Below are positions 35,084-37,110 of a stretch of 37,110 nt of DNA, piece by piece. The notes below the pieces were generated by a model. That model did no database searches, was not told the DNA's origin, and worked only from the letters and a program-made list of their open reading frames with translations. Made by a program: the position numbers and the translations under genes. Numbering within the stretch: the stretch's first letter is position 1; every line of letters begins with the position of its first letter. The stretch covers positions 1 through 37,110 of IMG/VR virus record IMGVR_UViG_3300020045_006994; one strand, given 5' to 3'. Source of the DNA: a virus. Lineage: Duplodnaviria; Caudoviricetes.

Positions 35084-35533
35084 ATGACTACTTCAAATAA
35101 CAGCACAAATATAAGAATATTGCATAAAACTCTTACGCCATCAGAATTAGCAAATTTACAAATAGGCAGTACACCTATTGAAATTATACCCGCTCCAGGA
35201 AATGGATATTTTGTACTCATGCTACAGTTTATTGCTACTGTGGACTTTAATACTACTCCATGGACTAGTAGCGATGCTAACGTTAAGTTTTTATATGATA
35301 TTAATCAATTTGCTCCAGCATTTACCTCATATGTTAAAAACGAGTTGTTAATTGGATTAGATTCGATCGGATTTGGTAATTTATCAGAAAGTGACCAGAT
35401 AAATAGTGGTGATGCAAGTTTTTATAATAATCTTCCTATCATGGCTGCTAATTTAGGTTCTTCTCCTTGGCAAGATGGAGATAGTGGACTCAACTTAATT
35501 ATTACTTATCAGATCATCAAAACAGGGTTATAA
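35084..35533 (+). CDS. Virion accessory protein (paralog 1)
   Basis: L.PSEL..L...PIEIIPAPGNG...GD..L...ITYQII. Confidence 0.7.
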   Translation: MTTSNNSTNIRILHKTLTPSELANLQIGSTPIEIIPAPGNGYFVLMLQFIATVDFNTTPWTSSDANVKFLYDINQFAPAFTSYVKNELLIGLDSIGFGNLSESDQINSGDASFYNNLPIMAANLGSSPWQDGDSGLNLIITYQIIKTGL

Positions 35534-35543
35534 ATAGGAATCT

Positions 35544-35978
35544 ATGGCACTAACAACGACAAATAACGCTATAAATTCCAGGATATCTACTTTAACAGTA
35601 TCATCAGCTCAACTATTGGATTTATTAGCTAACCCTGTTACCATCGTCAATGCTCCCGGGTCAGGGAATGTGATAATCCCTACTAAGTTTGTGTTTTCTT
35701 CTCATTTTAATACAACAGCATATACCATTACATTTGCTCAACCAGTAGTAAGATATCAAGGATCTGCAAATAGTATTGTTATATTTTCCGATGATCTAGT
35801 TACAGCTCCTCAAAGTGTAATATCTATAGCTACATTAGACGGAGATTACTCAATTGAAGACACTACCGATGTTTTAAATAGTCCGATAATACTCTCTATA
35901 AACGTATCTAATCTTACTTTAGGCAACGGTACTGTGACGATTCAATGTTTCTATGATATTCTTCCAATTTCTGTATAA
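35544..35978 (+). CDS. Virion accessory protein (paralog 2)
   Basis: VSSAQLLDL.ANPVTIVNAPGSG...GNGTV....FYDIL. Confidence 0.7.
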   Translation: MALTTTNNAINSRISTLTVSSAQLLDLLANPVTIVNAPGSGNVIIPTKFVFSSHFNTTAYTITFAQPVVRYQGSANSIVIFSDDLVTAPQSVISIATLDGDYSIEDTTDVLNSPIILSINVSNLTLGNGTVTIQCFYDILPISV

Positions 35979-35990
35979 TATAGGTGAATT

Positions 35991-37110
35991 ATGCCTCAAG
36001 CATTAGCAACGAACAATTACGGACCTGCAAAGATTATAGTAGCTAATAATATTTCTAATGGTACGCACTCAACGATAGCCTCTGCAATAACAAGTGCTTC
36101 TTCTGGTGATACGATTTTTATAAGAACTGGAACTTATGCCGAAAACCTGACATTTAAAGCAGGCGTTAACCTGGTAGCTTTTACCGGTGATGACAATAAC
36201 TTTATCGGTTCTGGATATTCTCCAAATGTAACTATTGCCGGTAACCACACTGTTGATATTACAGGACAATGCTCGGTAAGTAATATCAAGTTCACAAATG
36301 GTGGTGGTGGATCTAATGTTTTCACTATATCAGGTACAGGATTGCTAAATTTCTTTATCAATAACTGTTTCTTGGAAGTAGGTGCAACCCAAGTTATCTC
36401 TTATACAAATTCGAATTCATCCTCTTTCGTTTCAGTATCAAATTGCCAAGGAAACATAACAGGGGCTGGATCTAATTTCTTAACGATGTCAAGCCCAGGA
36501 CTTCTATTTTTCCAAGATTGCGATTTTACTAACACAATCTCTTCTACTGTAGCTAATACAATCTCAGCAGGAGTTATTTCAATAAGAAGATCGACGTTTT
36601 CATTTCCCTTGACAACTTCAGGGACAGCTGCTTTAGGATTTACGTATACTTCATTCCTAACAAATCCTCCAAATGCAACCAGTTTGACTGTAGGAGGTTC
36701 AGGGGGAGGATCTGCTCTTTTTTGTCATTTTAATAGCGGTTCTGCATCGGCTATTTCTATTTCTTCAACGTTACAAATACAAGAATCGACGATAGCGAGC
36801 ACCAATACTAATGCCATTACAGGTGCTGGAACTATTACTTACAGTGGTTTATCATTCTTTTCTTCTTCCTCTTTAATGAACGTGACTACACAAACCCCCG
36901 TTTACATGAACCTAGGAAAGTACAAAGCCTCTGGGCAACCTTGCTTCTCTGCTTATAACAGCAATATTATTTCTAATGTAACAGGTGATGGAACAGCTTA
37001 TACAATGGTTTTGGATTCTGTTTTAGTGAATCAAGGCAGCTGTTATAACACAGGTACAGGAATATTTACCGCTCCAGCTGAAGGAAACTATCAGATCAAT
37101 TTTATATGTA
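35991..37110 (+). CDS. Tail spike/receptor-binding protein, 5' part (beta-helix N-terminus; continues at 122-393, 463 aa in total)
   Basis: ATG at 35991 with SD AGGTG. Frame open to the window end by manual translation: MPQALATNNY...HSTIASAITSASSGDTIFIRTGTYAENL (pectin-lyase-like start). In frame with ORF 16-393. Absent from the ORF track. Confidence 0.88.
   Translation, partial: MPQALATNNYGPAKIIVANNISNGTHSTIASAITSASSGDTIFIRTGTYAENLTFKAGVNLVAFTGDDNNFIGSGYSPNVTIAGNHTVDITGQCSVSNIKFTNGGGGSNVFTISGTGLLNFFINNCFLEVGATQVISYTNSNSSSFVSVSNCQGNITGAGSNFLTMSSPGLLFFQDCDFTNTISSTVANTISAGVISIRRSTFSFPLTTSGTAALGFTYTSFLTNPPNATSLTVGGSGGGSALFCHFNSGSASAISISSTLQIQESTIASTNTNAITGAGTITYSGLSFFSSSSLMNVTTQTPVYMNLGKYKASGQPCFSAYNSNIISNVTGDGTAYTMVLDSVLVNQGSCYNTGTGIFTAPAEGNYQINFIC
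36990..37110. repeat. Second copy of the 121-bp terminal overlap
   Basis: Identical to 1-121. Confidence 0.97.

Noticed and set aside
36990-37110. 121-bp terminal repeat as a biological DTR or att site
   Set aside because: It is an exact copy in the middle of a gene, typical of an assembler k-mer overlap
1-37110. DGR, retron, tRNA genes or alternative genetic code
   Set aside because: No reverse transcriptase, TR/VR pair or cloverleaf seen; genes are intact in the standard code and all three stop codons are used

Overview
The window is a complete, circular, podovirus-like dsDNA phage genome of 36,989 bp; positions 1-121 repeat exactly at 36990-37110, which is an assembly overlap. Layout: a leftward early operon (RecT-like/YqaJ recombination pair plus many DUF551-like mini-genes), a divergent promoter with a Cro-like HTH gene, and a rightward operon (C5 DNA methyltransferase with a fully nested +1-frame partner ORF, lambda-O-like initiator with internal iterons, RusA). 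These are followed by an accessory block and a virion module (TerS, TerL, P22-like portal, scaffold, N4-gp56-type capsid, adaptor/nozzle, three ejection proteins, several fibres, and a beta-helix/C1q spike spanning the origin). I recognise no integrase, CI repressor, ParA, polymerase, helicase or endolysin. Main hidden structure: (1) at least three promoter/terminator-bounded small RNAs, two with bipartite complementarity to the 5' leaders of distant operons and one antisense to a switchable leader of the initiator gene, suggesting RNA-based control in place of a repressor; (2) a split, overprinted MTase; (3) accessory genes repeatedly bracketed by direct repeats made of their RBS/start junctions. 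A chlamydial or other endosymbiont host is my inference only. All family calls are by eye, with no database search.
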